Source: Bacteroidales bacterium
GTDB taxonomy: Bacteria; Bacteroidota; Bacteroidia; Bacteroidales; UBA4181
NCBI GenBank assembly: GCA_031547085.1
Contig: JAVBSH010000055.1
Span: forward strand, 3,249 to 67,248
Length of the DNA: 64,000 nt
Reading direction: 5' to 3'
Shown here: positions 36,991 through 46,400 of the stretch, one piece after another
Position numbering within the stretch: the first letter of the stretch is position 1
Layout: each line of letters opens with the position of its first letter
The notes under the pieces: model-generated
Told to the model about the DNA's origin: nothing
What the model saw: the letters and a program-made list of their open reading frames with translations, nothing else
The model's database searches: none
Program-made: the position numbers and the translations under genes

Positions 36991-38703
36991 TTATTGAACG
37001 ATAGATTTGAAAGTGTTGTCTTGGAAATATTTTCCAAACTCAACGTCTTTCTTTGCATTTGCTTTCAATGTAGCGCTCTTTGAGCAAGCTGTACGCAAGT
37101 TGTTCATCAACAGGTCGGTGTTTTGCGTACGTGCGCCAACAACAGCTTTCAGGTAATAAACCAAAGCATCGTCGCTTTTTACTGAATTCAGCGTCGACAG
37201 GGCAGCGTCATTTTGTTTGGCTAATAATTTAGCCAAAGCAGCATTTACTTCTACCTGGTTGCCGAAATAGCTAATCGCTTCGCTGTATTTTCCTTGGATG
37301 ATCTTGATGGTGCCAAGGTTATATTTTACGTCATCGCTTGAACCGGCTGAGTTCAACAATTCTTCTGCGGCGGCAATATTACCTTCGCGCAAAGCAACAA
37401 CAGCCAGGTTGTTTTTCACAACCTCATTGTTGTCAACACTCTTAGCTTCGTTCAAAGCGGTTTTGGCTTCGCTGGTACGGTCAAGGTTCAATAAAGCAAC
37501 ACCAAGGTTGTTTTTGGTACGGTAATCGCTCGGATAATTACGAGCTGCAGCTTGATAAATCGACAATTTCCTGTTGGCATCCTGAGTCAATGTTCCTGCA
37601 TAGAGGATTTCTTCCAATTTCAGCTTGCTGGGATCCCTGTCAAATTGTGCGTTGATTTCCTGATCTGACAAACCAATGATTTCAACATTTACAGTCATTT
37701 TCGAACGACGCAGTTGGGGAAGAATTTTCACCTTGATTTCGTCGAAAGCAGCTGAGAGATTATGAATTTCGCGGTCGCGAACTTCAGGGTCAGAATACAT
37801 CGATAATACACGGAGTACCAATTGTTTGTCGGCAATGTTCGATTCTTCCATCAATTTCTTGAAACCGTCCCAGTCTTCTGGAGTAGAAACAACTTTCAGG
37901 AAATCTGATTTTACGATATCTTCAACTTTTGCAGCTTTGAAATTTTTAGTGAAGAAAGCTTCACCGGTTTTTTCACGGTTTTGTGAAAGCTTTTCGTTCA
38001 AAGCATAAGGACCGTCGGGAGAAGCATAAGCTGATATCTGTGAACTGGTGATTTGGATTCTTTCATTTGCAGCCGCTGCTTTAACAGCATCGGTGAATTG
38101 TTTGATTTCCGGCTTCTTGGTTTCGGTTGCGCGGACATCAGATTGTTGGATCAGATATTTGATGTCGGTTTCGTAAGCATCGGGAGTGATACGGACATAT
38201 TTGTCGGCAGCATAAGAGGCTTTACCATTCTTTTCAACCAACAAGCAAGTGGTGATGATACCATCAGCCAGTTTATAAGGATCGAAATCAAGGGATTTAG
38301 TGCCTTTAGATGCTGCTGCCTTCAATACCAATTCCGAAAGTTGATATTCGGGTTTGTAAGTAACTTTTGACTGGTAATTGAATGTTCCGCCTTCCGCCTT
38401 GATCACTTTATTGTTTTCTTTCACATTTTCTCCCTGAACCTTGTATGCTCCGAAAGGTAATTCGTTACCTCCGCTTACCAGTGTGGGAGTGAGTGTCACG
38501 ACAACATTCTTGTTAAAATAATTCTTAGGGTATGAACCGTTGACGGAAATAGCAACCTCGTCTCCAACCAATTCAAGAACAGGCGGATTGACGGTGTATT
38601 TCACATTACCGGCTTCATTCTTCATCTTTTTCAAAGGATTACAACCACTGAATACAATGCCCACAGCTAGAGCGGACACCAAAATCAAATTATTCCTTTT
38701 CAT
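36991..38703 (-). CDS. TPR-repeat lipoprotein
   Basis: The likely start is MKRNNLILVSALAVGIVFSGCNP (22nd codon of the track ORF). The C-terminal third has TPR-like repeats (NNLGVALLNLDRTSEAKTALNEA, YNLGTIKIIQGKYSEAISYF). Confidence 0.65.
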   Translation of the reverse strand: MKRNNLILVSALAVGIVFSGCNPLKKMKNEAGNVKYTVNPPVLELVGDEVAISVNGSYPKNYFNKNVVVTLTPTLVSGGNELPFGAYKVQGENVKENNKVIKAEGGTFNYQSKVTYKPEYQLSELVLKAAASKGTKSLDFDPYKLADGIITTCLLVEKNGKASYAADKYVRITPDAYETDIKYLIQQSDVRATETKKPEIKQFTDAVKAAAANERIQITSSQISAYASPDGPYALNEKLSQNREKTGEAFFTKNFKAAKVEDIVKSDFLKVVSTPEDWDGFKKLMEESNIADKQLVLRVLSMYSDPEVRDREIHNLSAAFDEIKVKILPQLRRSKMTVNVEIIGLSDQEINAQFDRDPSKLKLEEILYAGTLTQDANRKLSIYQAAARNYPSDYRTKNNLGVALLNLDRTSEAKTALNEAKSVDNNEVVKNNLAVVALREGNIAAAEELLNSAGSSDDVKYNLGTIKIIQGKYSEAISYFGNQVEVNAALAKLLAKQNDAALSTLNSVKSDDALVYYLKAVVGARTQNTDLLMNNLRTACSKSATLKANAKKDVEFGKYFQDNTFKSIVQ

Positions 38704-39063
38704 AGCTACTTGATTATTTGTTTTTAAGTTTAAATTTTCGATATAACACCTGAAATAATTATGCAAAAATACTGATTATTTTTTCAAAACAAAGTTTCGG
38801 TTCATCAAAAAAACAAAAAATAGGAACATTTTTTTTCCAAAACTTCTTGTCTCTGCTTATAACGTACTGATACATATATGGGTATCATGCTGCTTGCCGA
38901 CCAGTATATTATGCAGAATATTCGAAAAACCGACTCTTCGAGATATTTTAACAGTTGCAAAGCACAAAATGTTTAAACGCGATGAGTTAAAAGCAGTTTT
39001 ATTTCCATTTTCCACCCAAACGATACATTTATATAATATTATAAATGCAAGGCGAAAATATTT

Positions 39064-39891
39064 TTAGTAGCTGATCTCTTTTGTTTTTTCCCGCTTCTTT
39101 TTCAACTCGTATGGATCGACAATCCGACCAAACCTGTAACTTACAAATAAAGTAAAGAAAAACTGCTGGTTATCGGCAACTTTGGTCGGGCTTCCCACAG
39201 GGTTTCCAAAATCCATAATTTCAATTTTCTTGACAAATCCTTCCGCTATAACACCAGCCTCTAATGCATGGATGATCCTGTCCTTTTTGCTGTATTCGAA
39301 ATTGAATCCGAATTTGACAAAAGCTCCGGGAACAGCGCTAAGTTCGTCAAATCCTTTGAAGAAAGACGCTCGCCCCACGATGGTTACATTTTGCCAGGTT
39401 GGATCAAATTTTTCGGGTTTTTCGCGGGTAATCCCGTACCCATCAGACCCGGGGTCAGCCACTTCGTAGTAAATGGGCTTGAGCAATACGACCGAAGGCC
39501 CCAGATTATAGAAATACCTGATGGCAATACCGCCCACGTCATGCTTGCGGAATATCTCGTGCTGCTTTCCGTATCCAAAACGGAAATCGAACGCAAGGTT
39601 TGTCTTTCCATACACAAACCGGGTGTTTGATGGCGGATAGGTATTTGAATAAGTCTTATACTCTTTGGGATGCTTCATATAAGCAAAGTCGACTTCGAAA
39701 AGCCGTTTTTTAGCAGCATCCTGCCGTTTCCCGTACCGGTAATTCGCGCCCCATCCGTTAGAGTTAAGCATTAAAGCCACAGACCACTCGTTACGGTAAA
39801 ATACCTTTGGTTGGAGATCAATTTCACCTTGGGCATATACCGCAAAAAAACAATTAATTACACATAGAAAAACTGTAATCCGTTTTTTCAC
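39064..39891 (-). CDS. Hypothetical outer-membrane protein
   Basis: 275 aa with signal peptide VINCFFAVYAQ and a beta-strand-rich composition. No family recognised. Confidence 0.55.
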   Translation of the reverse strand: MKKRITVFLCVINCFFAVYAQGEIDLQPKVFYRNEWSVALMLNSNGWGANYRYGKRQDAAKKRLFEVDFAYMKHPKEYKTYSNTYPPSNTRFVYGKTNLAFDFRFGYGKQHEIFRKHDVGGIAIRYFYNLGPSVVLLKPIYYEVADPGSDGYGITREKPEKFDPTWQNVTIVGRASFFKGFDELSAVPGAFVKFGFNFEYSKKDRIIHALEAGVIAEGFVKKIEIMDFGNPVGSPTKVADNQQFFFTLFVSYRFGRIVDPYELKKKREKTKEISY

Positions 39892-39945
39892 GCCAAGAAA
39901 TTATGTCCGGATCAATTATTAATGGCCGACCCAGCTTGCCATGTA

Positions 39946-40086
39946 TCAACCCGGCAGAGTCGTGCTTACCGGCTGCTCGACAGACGAAACCGAACGGTAT
40001 GCCGGACAGGGCTTACTACTGCGGCAAGACGAAAGAGACATACCTGCGAACAAACAGAAAGCTATTATAACACACGCCTTTTTCAT
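39946..40086 (-). CDS. Small (46-aa) putative lipoprotein, below the ORF-track size cut-off
   Basis: Hand translation gives MKKACVIIAFCLFAGMSLSSCRSSKPCPAYRSVSSVEQPVSTTLPG, with a good signal peptide plus lipobox (LSSC). It is antisense to the listed 61-aa plus-strand ORF, which lacks such features. Confidence 0.4.
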   Translation of the reverse strand: MKKACVIIAFCLFAGMSLSSCRSSKPCPAYRSVSSVEQPVSTTLPG

Positions 40087-40170
40087 GGACATAGGTTTTT
40101 AAATTAAAAAGTAAAATTATGAATGTTTTTAAAAATTACAAACTCTTTTACGAATTAATACCCTGCAAAG

Positions 40171-41250
40171 TTACATAAATGCTTCAAATTTTATGCCTGT
40201 TTTTTCAGCAATAACTTTCATATCGGTTATAACCTGTGGAAGTAGGCTGATTCCTTCATGTGCCATACGTTTTTCATTTTCGCGTTCGGGGTCGCCGGGG
40301 ATCAATACTTTGTTATGTCCTTTGGCAGGATGAGCAGCACGCATGGTTTCGATCCATTTGTCCATGCGGGTCTTGAATTCACCGGCAGGCATGAATGCAT
40401 CCACCCGCATAGCCCCGAGGAAATGTCCCCAGCCTTCGCCTGACTTCTGATCCAGTAAGGGCAGGTACGACATCATAGGCGGTACAAAGGGGCCGAAATT
40501 GGCACCCGACAATACCGCTGCAAGTATGTCAACCATTGCACCAAGGCAATATCCTTTGTGACTTCCGTGTTCGCGATCGCCACCCAATGGCAACATAGAG
40601 CCTCCATGTTCGATGGCGGTAGGATCATCGGTGGGATTGCCTTCCGCATCCTGCGCATAACCGAAGCTGATTTTTTCGCCTTTCTTGGCAGCAATGGTAA
40701 ACTTGCCCCGCGTAACGGGCGTAGTGGCAAAGTCGGCCACAAACGGTGGTTGTTGTCCGGCAGGAATGGCCGTTGCCATAGGATTGGTACCCAACATCGG
40801 TACAGCCGAAAAGGTAGGCGCTACCAAAGGACTGGCATTGGTGCAAGCAAAGCCGATCATGTCGTGTTCGAGCGCCATCATGGCGTAATACCCGGCAATG
40901 CCGAAGTTCGACGAGTTACGTACTGCAACCCATCCGGTGCCTGCCGTACGGGCTTTTGCAATAGCGGTGTTCATAGCCCTGAGCGCCGGCAACATACCAA
41001 TCGTACCGTCGCCATCGATCACGGCAGTGCTTGGGCTTTCGTGAACAATACGGATTTCCGGTTTTACGTTGATACGCCCAGCCTCCCACAATTTGAAATA
41101 ATCGGACAGGCGGATGACTCCATGTGTAGATATGCCACGCATTTCGGCAGCCAGGAATACTTTGGCGCATTGTTGCGAGTCGTCTTCCGAAAACCCCATT
41201 TTTTGCAATACCAAAGAAGTAAAGTCAAACAAATATGAATATGGATACAT
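40171..41250 (-). CDS. Ldh2-family (malate/L-lactate dehydrogenase type 2) oxidoreductase
   Basis: About 359 aa with RGISTHGVIRL, IGMLPALRAM, NFGIAGYY and HKGYCLG motifs. The track start at 41259 is a TTG, and the first ATG is at 41250. Confidence 0.85.
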   Translation of the reverse strand: MYPYSYLFDFTSLVLQKMGFSEDDSQQCAKVFLAAEMRGISTHGVIRLSDYFKLWEAGRINVKPEIRIVHESPSTAVIDGDGTIGMLPALRAMNTAIAKARTAGTGWVAVRNSSNFGIAGYYAMMALEHDMIGFACTNASPLVAPTFSAVPMLGTNPMATAIPAGQQPPFVADFATTPVTRGKFTIAAKKGEKISFGYAQDAEGNPTDDPTAIEHGGSMLPLGGDREHGSHKGYCLGAMVDILAAVLSGANFGPFVPPMMSYLPLLDQKSGEGWGHFLGAMRVDAFMPAGEFKTRMDKWIETMRAAHPAKGHNKVLIPGDPERENEKRMAHEGISLLPQVITDMKVIAEKTGIKFEAFM

Positions 41251-41252
41251 TT

Positions 41253-41336
41253 GTTTCAAGTTTCAAATGACAAGTTTCAAGTTTCAAGTTTCAAGTTAGG
41301 CAAAGCCATGTAATCCGAAACCTGAAACTAGGAACT
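41253..41336. repeat. GTTTCAA heptamer array with a complementary distal arm (stem-loop element)
   Basis: GTTTCAA x2 (41253-41266) and x3.5 (41274-41296). After a 20-nt spacer comes GAAACCTGAAAC (41317-41328), whose complement GTTTCAGGTTTC pairs with the array at one mismatch. It fills the gap between the SDR stop and the Ldh2 start. Confidence 0.7.
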
Positions 41337-42098
41337 TTAATTTTTTCTGACAGTTGTGTTGATATTGGCTTGTGCTGTGGGCATGATCAGCATGTCGTTG
41401 ATATTAACATGCGCCGGACGTGTAAGAGCGAACCAGATGGCTTCGGCCACATCGTCGGCTCTGAGCGGCACCAAACCTTCGTATACTTTGTCAGCACGGC
41501 CTTTGTCGCCTTTGAAACGGACGAGTGAAAATTCGGTATCGACCATACCCGGCGCAATGGAAGTGACCTTGATGTTGTGTTTCAGCAAGTCGATACGCAT
41601 CCCTTTCGTCAGCGCATCAACAGCATGTTTGGTGGCGCAATATACGTTGCCGTTTTCGTACACTTCCTTGGCCGCAATGGAACTGATGTTGATGATATGT
41701 CCGCTACTTCTTTTCACCATCAGCGGCGCTACCTTGCGGGTGATGTACAACAAACCTTTGATGTTGGTGTCGATCATTTGATCCCAATCATCCACCGAAC
41801 CTTCGTCAATAGGCGCAAGTCCGGCAGCCAGCCCGGCATTGTTAACCAATACATCGATGTTTTGCCACGATTTTGGTAAATTCTCGATGGCCATTTCCGT
41901 TTGCTCCCGATTACGGATGTCGAAGTTCAGTACGAGCACATCGCTCTTAAACTTGACGCCTAACTCGCTTTTCAACCTGTCGAGCAGTTCTTTGCGACGA
42001 CCTGTGATGATGAGGTTATATCCGTTTGTCGCCAATATCTCGGCAGTTGCCATCCCGATGCCGGCAGTTGCTCCGGTGACTAATGCTATTTTTCGCAT
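41337..42098 (-). CDS. SDR-family NAD(P)-dependent oxidoreductase
   Basis: 253 aa with TGATAGIG, NNAG and YCATKHA (YxxxK). Confidence 0.9.
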   Translation of the reverse strand: MRKIALVTGATAGIGMATAEILATNGYNLIITGRRKELLDRLKSELGVKFKSDVLVLNFDIRNREQTEMAIENLPKSWQNIDVLVNNAGLAAGLAPIDEGSVDDWDQMIDTNIKGLLYITRKVAPLMVKRSSGHIINISSIAAKEVYENGNVYCATKHAVDALTKGMRIDLLKHNIKVTSIAPGMVDTEFSLVRFKGDKGRADKVYEGLVPLRADDVAEAIWFALTRPAHVNINDMLIMPTAQANINTTVRKN

Positions 42099-42148
42099 AA
42101 TTAAAAGATTCTATTCATTTAAAAATCCAAGATCTTTGGTATTGAACT

Positions 42149-42943
42149 TTATTTTAAAAATTTTTGTACTGTTTCTAAAAACTCGTCAAAGAGCATCGCG
42201 TTGGCTGCTACCAATTCTTTCCCGAAAATGTAATTATCACCGCCCGAAAAGTCGCTCAGCCGTCCGCCGGCCTGTTGCAAAATGAATGCTCCGCCGGCAA
42301 CGTCCCATGGACTGAGGCTATACTCGTAAAAAGCTTCGAATCGTCCGCAAGCCACGTAGGCCAAGTCAGTGGCAGCCGAGCCAAGCCTGCGAACGCCATG
42401 CGAATTTTGCAGGAAATATTCCAAGCAATTAATATATGGACGCATCAGGTGATAATCGTAATATGGAAACCCTGTGGCAATAAGCGCGTCCTGTACTTTG
42501 TCCTTGTCCGAAACATGGATTTCCTTCCCGTTAAGGTATGCTGCCCCATCTTTCCAAGCATAAAAACATTCGTCGAGTGTGACTTCATATACAACACCCA
42601 CAACCGGGCAATTGTTTTCCAACAGCCCTATGCTAACGGCATAAGGCGGCAGGCCATGGATAAAGTTGGTTGTTCCATCCAACGGATCGATGACCCAGTT
42701 GAATCGGTCTCCACGGGTGGTGTTGGTGCCTTCCTCGGCGATGAAACCAGCTTCGGGAAGAAGTTTTTCCAAATGTTCCACGATCAGTTTTTCAGCACCT
42801 TTGTCCACATAAGTCACAAAATTGTGCAGACCTTTCACTTCAATACTTTTTGCCGAGAACGCACTGGCCTCTTTGCGGATAAAGTCGCCTGCATGTTTTG
42901 CCGTTTCACATGCCTGCATACAAAGCCATTTATAATCAATCAT
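42149..42943 (-). CDS. Inositol monophosphatase family protein
   Basis: 264 aa with WVIDPLDGTTNF and the ATGFPY, GSAA.DL and VA.G motifs. Confidence 0.9.
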   Translation of the reverse strand: MIDYKWLCMQACETAKHAGDFIRKEASAFSAKSIEVKGLHNFVTYVDKGAEKLIVEHLEKLLPEAGFIAEEGTNTTRGDRFNWVIDPLDGTTNFIHGLPPYAVSIGLLENNCPVVGVVYEVTLDECFYAWKDGAAYLNGKEIHVSDKDKVQDALIATGFPYYDYHLMRPYINCLEYFLQNSHGVRRLGSAATDLAYVACGRFEAFYEYSLSPWDVAGGAFILQQAGGRLSDFSGGDNYIFGKELVAANAMLFDEFLETVQKFLK

Positions 42944-43158
42944 TTTACTCTATGTTGTTTAAGACAAATTGAGAGGCAAAAGTAAAATAATTTTTCACAA
43001 TGTGTAAAAGTGATGTGGATGAGATAACCGGCAAAAAGATGTCTAATTGAAGAACAAGCAGTGGTAGTAGCCATGCAAAGAAGAGTAGAAAATAAACTCC
43101 GGTTACGGGAAATACTAAAAATTCGTGTAATTTTGGCGGTTATTAATGCTTAATTGAT

Positions 43159-43893
43159 ATGTACTTCCTGTTCAAAAAAGAAATACAAGGTTTTTTTTCC
43201 TCCCTTACAGGATATTTGGTCATTACTGTGTTTTTGGCAGTTACAGGATTGTGTCTCTGGGTTTTCCCGGGTGTATTGAATATTCCGGAAAGCGGTTATG
43301 CATCATTGGATAGCCTTTTCTATATTGCGCCTTGGGTATTTCTTTTCCTGGTTCCGGCCATCACCATGCGTTCGTTTTCTGAAGAAATCAAAACGGGAAC
43401 CATCGAATTGTTACTTACCAAGCCTATCAGCGAGATGCAATTGGCATTAGCAAAGTTCCTGGCTGCAGTGATATTGGTTTTCATAGCCTTATTGCCTTGC
43501 ATCGTTTATATTTTTTCGTTGTGGCGGTTGGGAAATCCTCCCGGCAACCTTGACACCGGGGCTACGTATGGCGCTATGATCGGTTTGTTATTGTTGGGCT
43601 CTGTATATGCAGCGGCCGGAACATTTACTTCGTCGCTTACCGACAACCAGGTGGTGGCGTTCATTGCGGCTGCAGTGACGGCTTTTGTGTTCTACGAAGG
43701 ATTCGACGCGTTGGCGCAACTGATCCCGGCAGCCGGAGTACAGGATTTTATCACCTATCTCGGCATCAAGGAACATTATGCGTCCATTAGCCGTGGTGTG
43801 ATCGATTTTCGCGACCTGGTATATTTCTTTGGAATGATGTTTTTGTTTCTGCTACTCACCCGGTTGAAATTGCAAAGCAGGAAATGGAAATAG
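43159..43893 (+). CDS. gldF: Gliding-motility-associated ABC-2 permease GldF
   Basis: 244 aa. KKEIQGFFSSLTGYLVITVFLAVTGLCLWVFPG...APWVFLFLVPAITMRSFSEEIKTGTIELLLTKPIS closely follows the GldF N-terminal pattern as I remember it from Flavobacterium. Confidence 0.8.
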   Translation: MYFLFKKEIQGFFSSLTGYLVITVFLAVTGLCLWVFPGVLNIPESGYASLDSLFYIAPWVFLFLVPAITMRSFSEEIKTGTIELLLTKPISEMQLALAKFLAAVILVFIALLPCIVYIFSLWRLGNPPGNLDTGATYGAMIGLLLLGSVYAAAGTFTSSLTDNQVVAFIAAAVTAFVFYEGFDALAQLIPAAGVQDFITYLGIKEHYASISRGVIDFRDLVYFFGMMFLFLLLTRLKLQSRKWK

Positions 43894-43937
43894 GAATGGT
43901 TTTTGTTAGGTAAGAGATAATAAATTCTTTATAGTTT

Positions 43938-44231
43938 ATGAAGTTCTATAATAAACATGAGGCCGACAGATACGGATTAGCTGAAGAAGCCATTGGCGAT
44001 ATGATTGCCAAATGTAGCAGAATGCTCTATTATGAATCATTAACCGATGAAGAACGTAAGATTATAGAGAAGAAGAAATGGGAATTCCATGAGGAACAAA
44101 CAGCACTGAATATCAATAATCAGCAACAAGTTGAAGCTGTAATAAAGAAATATTGTCCCTTGCTAAAGAACGGATTAGTTACTTTAGATTATTTACTTTA
44201 TGGAAAAACCTCTACACGTAAATCTGCATAG
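43938..44231 (+). CDS. Hypothetical small protein (possible antitoxin partner)
   Basis: 97 aa, acidic and helical. Its 3' end overlaps the start of the zeta-toxin-like ORF by 32 nt. Confidence 0.4.
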   Translation: MKFYNKHEADRYGLAEEAIGDMIAKCSRMLYYESLTDEERKIIEKKKWEFHEEQTALNINNQQQVEAVIKKYCPLLKNGLVTLDYLLYGKTSTRKSA

Positions 44232-44586
44232 ATTACCACTTGAAGAAAATCAAAGGGTATTTGAAAGTATCGAGATAAAGTATTTATCAAAAGCAAAATC
44301 CCAAAAACAACCACAATGTATCTTTTTGGGTGCTCCTCCTGCTTCGGGAAAATCAACAATCGCAGCGTCTTTTGTTAATGACGAATATGTTCTGATTAAT
44401 ATTGATAAATTACGGCAACAACACCCTGCTTATGATGTATTGAATGAAGTAAACGATAAATACACAGCAATCTATACAAATGCTGATGCCGGGATATGGT
44501 ATGAAAAACTGATCAGGGCAAGTGCGGAAAAAAGGTGTCATATCCTGATAGAAAACACATTCAAACATAAGGAAACGTGCATGTGA
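44200..44586 (+). CDS. Zeta-toxin/AAA-kinase-like protein, N-terminal part only (possibly disrupted)
   Basis: 128 aa with P-loop FLGAPPASGKST and ILIENTF (compare the zeta-toxin xxEGT motif). It ends after about 128 codons, whereas family members are usually about 200 aa or more. Confidence 0.55.
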   Translation: MEKPLHVNLHRLPLEENQRVFESIEIKYLSKAKSQKQPQCIFLGAPPASGKSTIAASFVNDEYVLINIDKLRQQHPAYDVLNEVNDKYTAIYTNADAGIWYEKLIRASAEKRCHILIENTFKHKETCM

Positions 44587-44852
44587 AAGCAATGGAAGTC
44601 ATACAAAGAGAACGTACCAGGGCATACCAGCCTCAAGAATGTGCAGAAATCCTGGATAGTTGGAAAGAAGTATGGCGGTTCATGAAAGCCCGGGAAGCAA
44701 ATATTAAAGAGTTTCGTTATGTTTGTTCCCGTTTGGAGTTTTGTATCCGTTTGATGGAAAATGAAAAATATCCGCCGGAAAATATCCGGATCATCAGCGA
44801 TATTCTCCGCCAATTTAAAGCAGATTTAATATTATTGAATGACAATGAATAA
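44577..44852 (+). CDS. Hypothetical ORF, either the displaced C-terminal part of the zeta-like gene or an independent small gene
   Basis: 91 aa with a GTG start in the track (first ATG five codons later). It overlaps the zeta-like stop and the rpe start. No motif recognised. Confidence 0.3.
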   Translation: MHVKAMEVIQRERTRAYQPQECAEILDSWKEVWRFMKAREANIKEFRYVCSRLEFCIRLMENEKYPPENIRIISDILRQFKADLILLNDNE

Positions 44853-45492
44853 AATAGCTGTATCGATTCTCAATTGTGATTTTGGGAACTTGAATCGTGA
44901 AATTGAGATGATCAATCGCAGTGATGCCGACTGGTTTCATCTGGATATCATGGATGGGGTATTCGTTCCAAATATATCTTTTGGTTTTCCGGTCATCCAG
45001 GCCGTAAAAAGCAAAGCCGCGAAGCCGTTGGATGTGCACCTGATGATTGCCAATCCCGACCGTTACGTCAAGGATTTCAAAGCAGTCGGCACCGATTGGC
45101 TGACGGTGCATTACGAAACATGTCCACACCTGCACCGTACGGTACAAAGCATCAAGCAGGAAGGCATGAAAGCGGGTGTAACACTCAATCCGCATTCGCC
45201 GGTGGGCCTTTTGGAAGATATTATTATTGATGTTGATTTGGTGTTGCTCATGTCCGTGAATCCTGGTTTTGGAGGACAAGCATTTATAGAAAACACATAC
45301 AGCAAGATAGCACGTCTACGTGAAATGATTGATAAGAAAGGCTCTAAAACACTGATACAGGTTGATGGTGGCGTCGATACACGTAATATAGCCCAATTGG
45401 CAAATGCCGGCGCCGATATATTTGTGGTGGGAAGTTTCATTTTCCGGGCAAATGATCCGGTGCAGACCATTAAAGAGTTGGCCGGAGCATAG
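44839..45492 (+). CDS. rpe: Ribulose-phosphate 3-epimerase
   Basis: 217 aa with SILNCDF, HLDIMDG.FVPN, DVHLM, MSVNPGFGGQ and VDGG. Confidence 0.93.
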   Translation: MTMNKIAVSILNCDFGNLNREIEMINRSDADWFHLDIMDGVFVPNISFGFPVIQAVKSKAAKPLDVHLMIANPDRYVKDFKAVGTDWLTVHYETCPHLHRTVQSIKQEGMKAGVTLNPHSPVGLLEDIIIDVDLVLLMSVNPGFGGQAFIENTYSKIARLREMIDKKGSKTLIQVDGGVDTRNIAQLANAGADIFVVGSFIFRANDPVQTIKELAGA

Positions 45493-45556
45493 ATCGTAAG
45501 ATTGTAAAAGCTCCAGTACACACTCTATTCAAAAATAGAAAATCAAAAATTGTAAT

Positions 45557-46312
45557 ATGTTAGCAAAACGAATTGTTCCTTGCCTCGATATCAAGGATGG
45601 CAAGACAGTGAAAGGCATTAACTTTGTAGGATTCCGCGATGCAGGCGATCCTGTGGAACTTGGAGCAGAATATAGCCGGCAGGGTGCCGACGAACTTGTA
45701 TTCCTCGACATTACGGCTTCACACGAAGGCCGTAAAACTTTTGTAGATTTAGTCTGCAAGGTGGCCGAAAACGTGAATATACCGTTTACTGTGGGGGGTG
45801 GCATCTACGAACTCAAGGATGTAGATACATTGCTAAATGCCGGTGCAGACAAAGTATCGCTCAATTCGGCAATCCTGCGTAATCCCGGCTTGATTGACGA
45901 GATTGCATCTAATTTTGGAAGCCAGGTGATTGTAGCTGCTATTGATGCCAACTTGGAGAACGGACGTTGGGTGTGTTACCTCAACGGTGGCCGTATTTCT
46001 ACGGATAAGGAGCTATTCTCGTGGGCGATGGAAGCGCAGGACCGTGGCGCCGGCGAAATACTTTTCACCAGCATGACCCACGACGGGGTGAAGGAAGGTT
46101 ACCCCAACGAAGCATTGGCCACACTTTCCGATACGTTGAGTATTCCCGTGATTGCTTCGGGTGGTGCCGGGAAAAAGGAACATTTCAAGGATGCTTTCAC
46201 TTTGGGTAAAGCTGATGCTGCATTAGCAGCCAGCGTTTTCCATTTCGGAGAAATCAAGATTCCGGAACTGAAGAAATATTTGGCCGGCGAAGGGATTAAC
46301 GTACGGCTGTGA
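45557..46312 (+). CDS. hisF: Imidazole glycerol phosphate synthase cyclase subunit HisF
   Basis: 251 aa with [34 protein letters not shown] and ASGGAG. Confidence 0.93.
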   Translation: MLAKRIVPCLDIKDGKTVKGINFVGFRDAGDPVELGAEYSRQGADELVFLDITASHEGRKTFVDLVCKVAENVNIPFTVGGGIYELKDVDTLLNAGADKVSLNSAILRNPGLIDEIASNFGSQVIVAAIDANLENGRWVCYLNGGRISTDKELFSWAMEAQDRGAGEILFTSMTHDGVKEGYPNEALATLSDTLSIPVIASGGAGKKEHFKDAFTLGKADAALAASVFHFGEIKIPELKKYLAGEGINVRL

Positions 46313-46400
46313 CTCCCGCCCATCCTCCATAAGGGTGAAATGGACCGGAAGATCGGGATTCGATTTTGATCATGCTCTTTTGAAAATGGTGACACGATGG

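Noticed and set aside
39922-40107. 61-aa plus-strand ORF in the 39.9-40.1 kb gap.
   Set aside because: It is Arg/Thr-rich with no signal or motif. The opposite strand encodes a far more convincing small lipoprotein.
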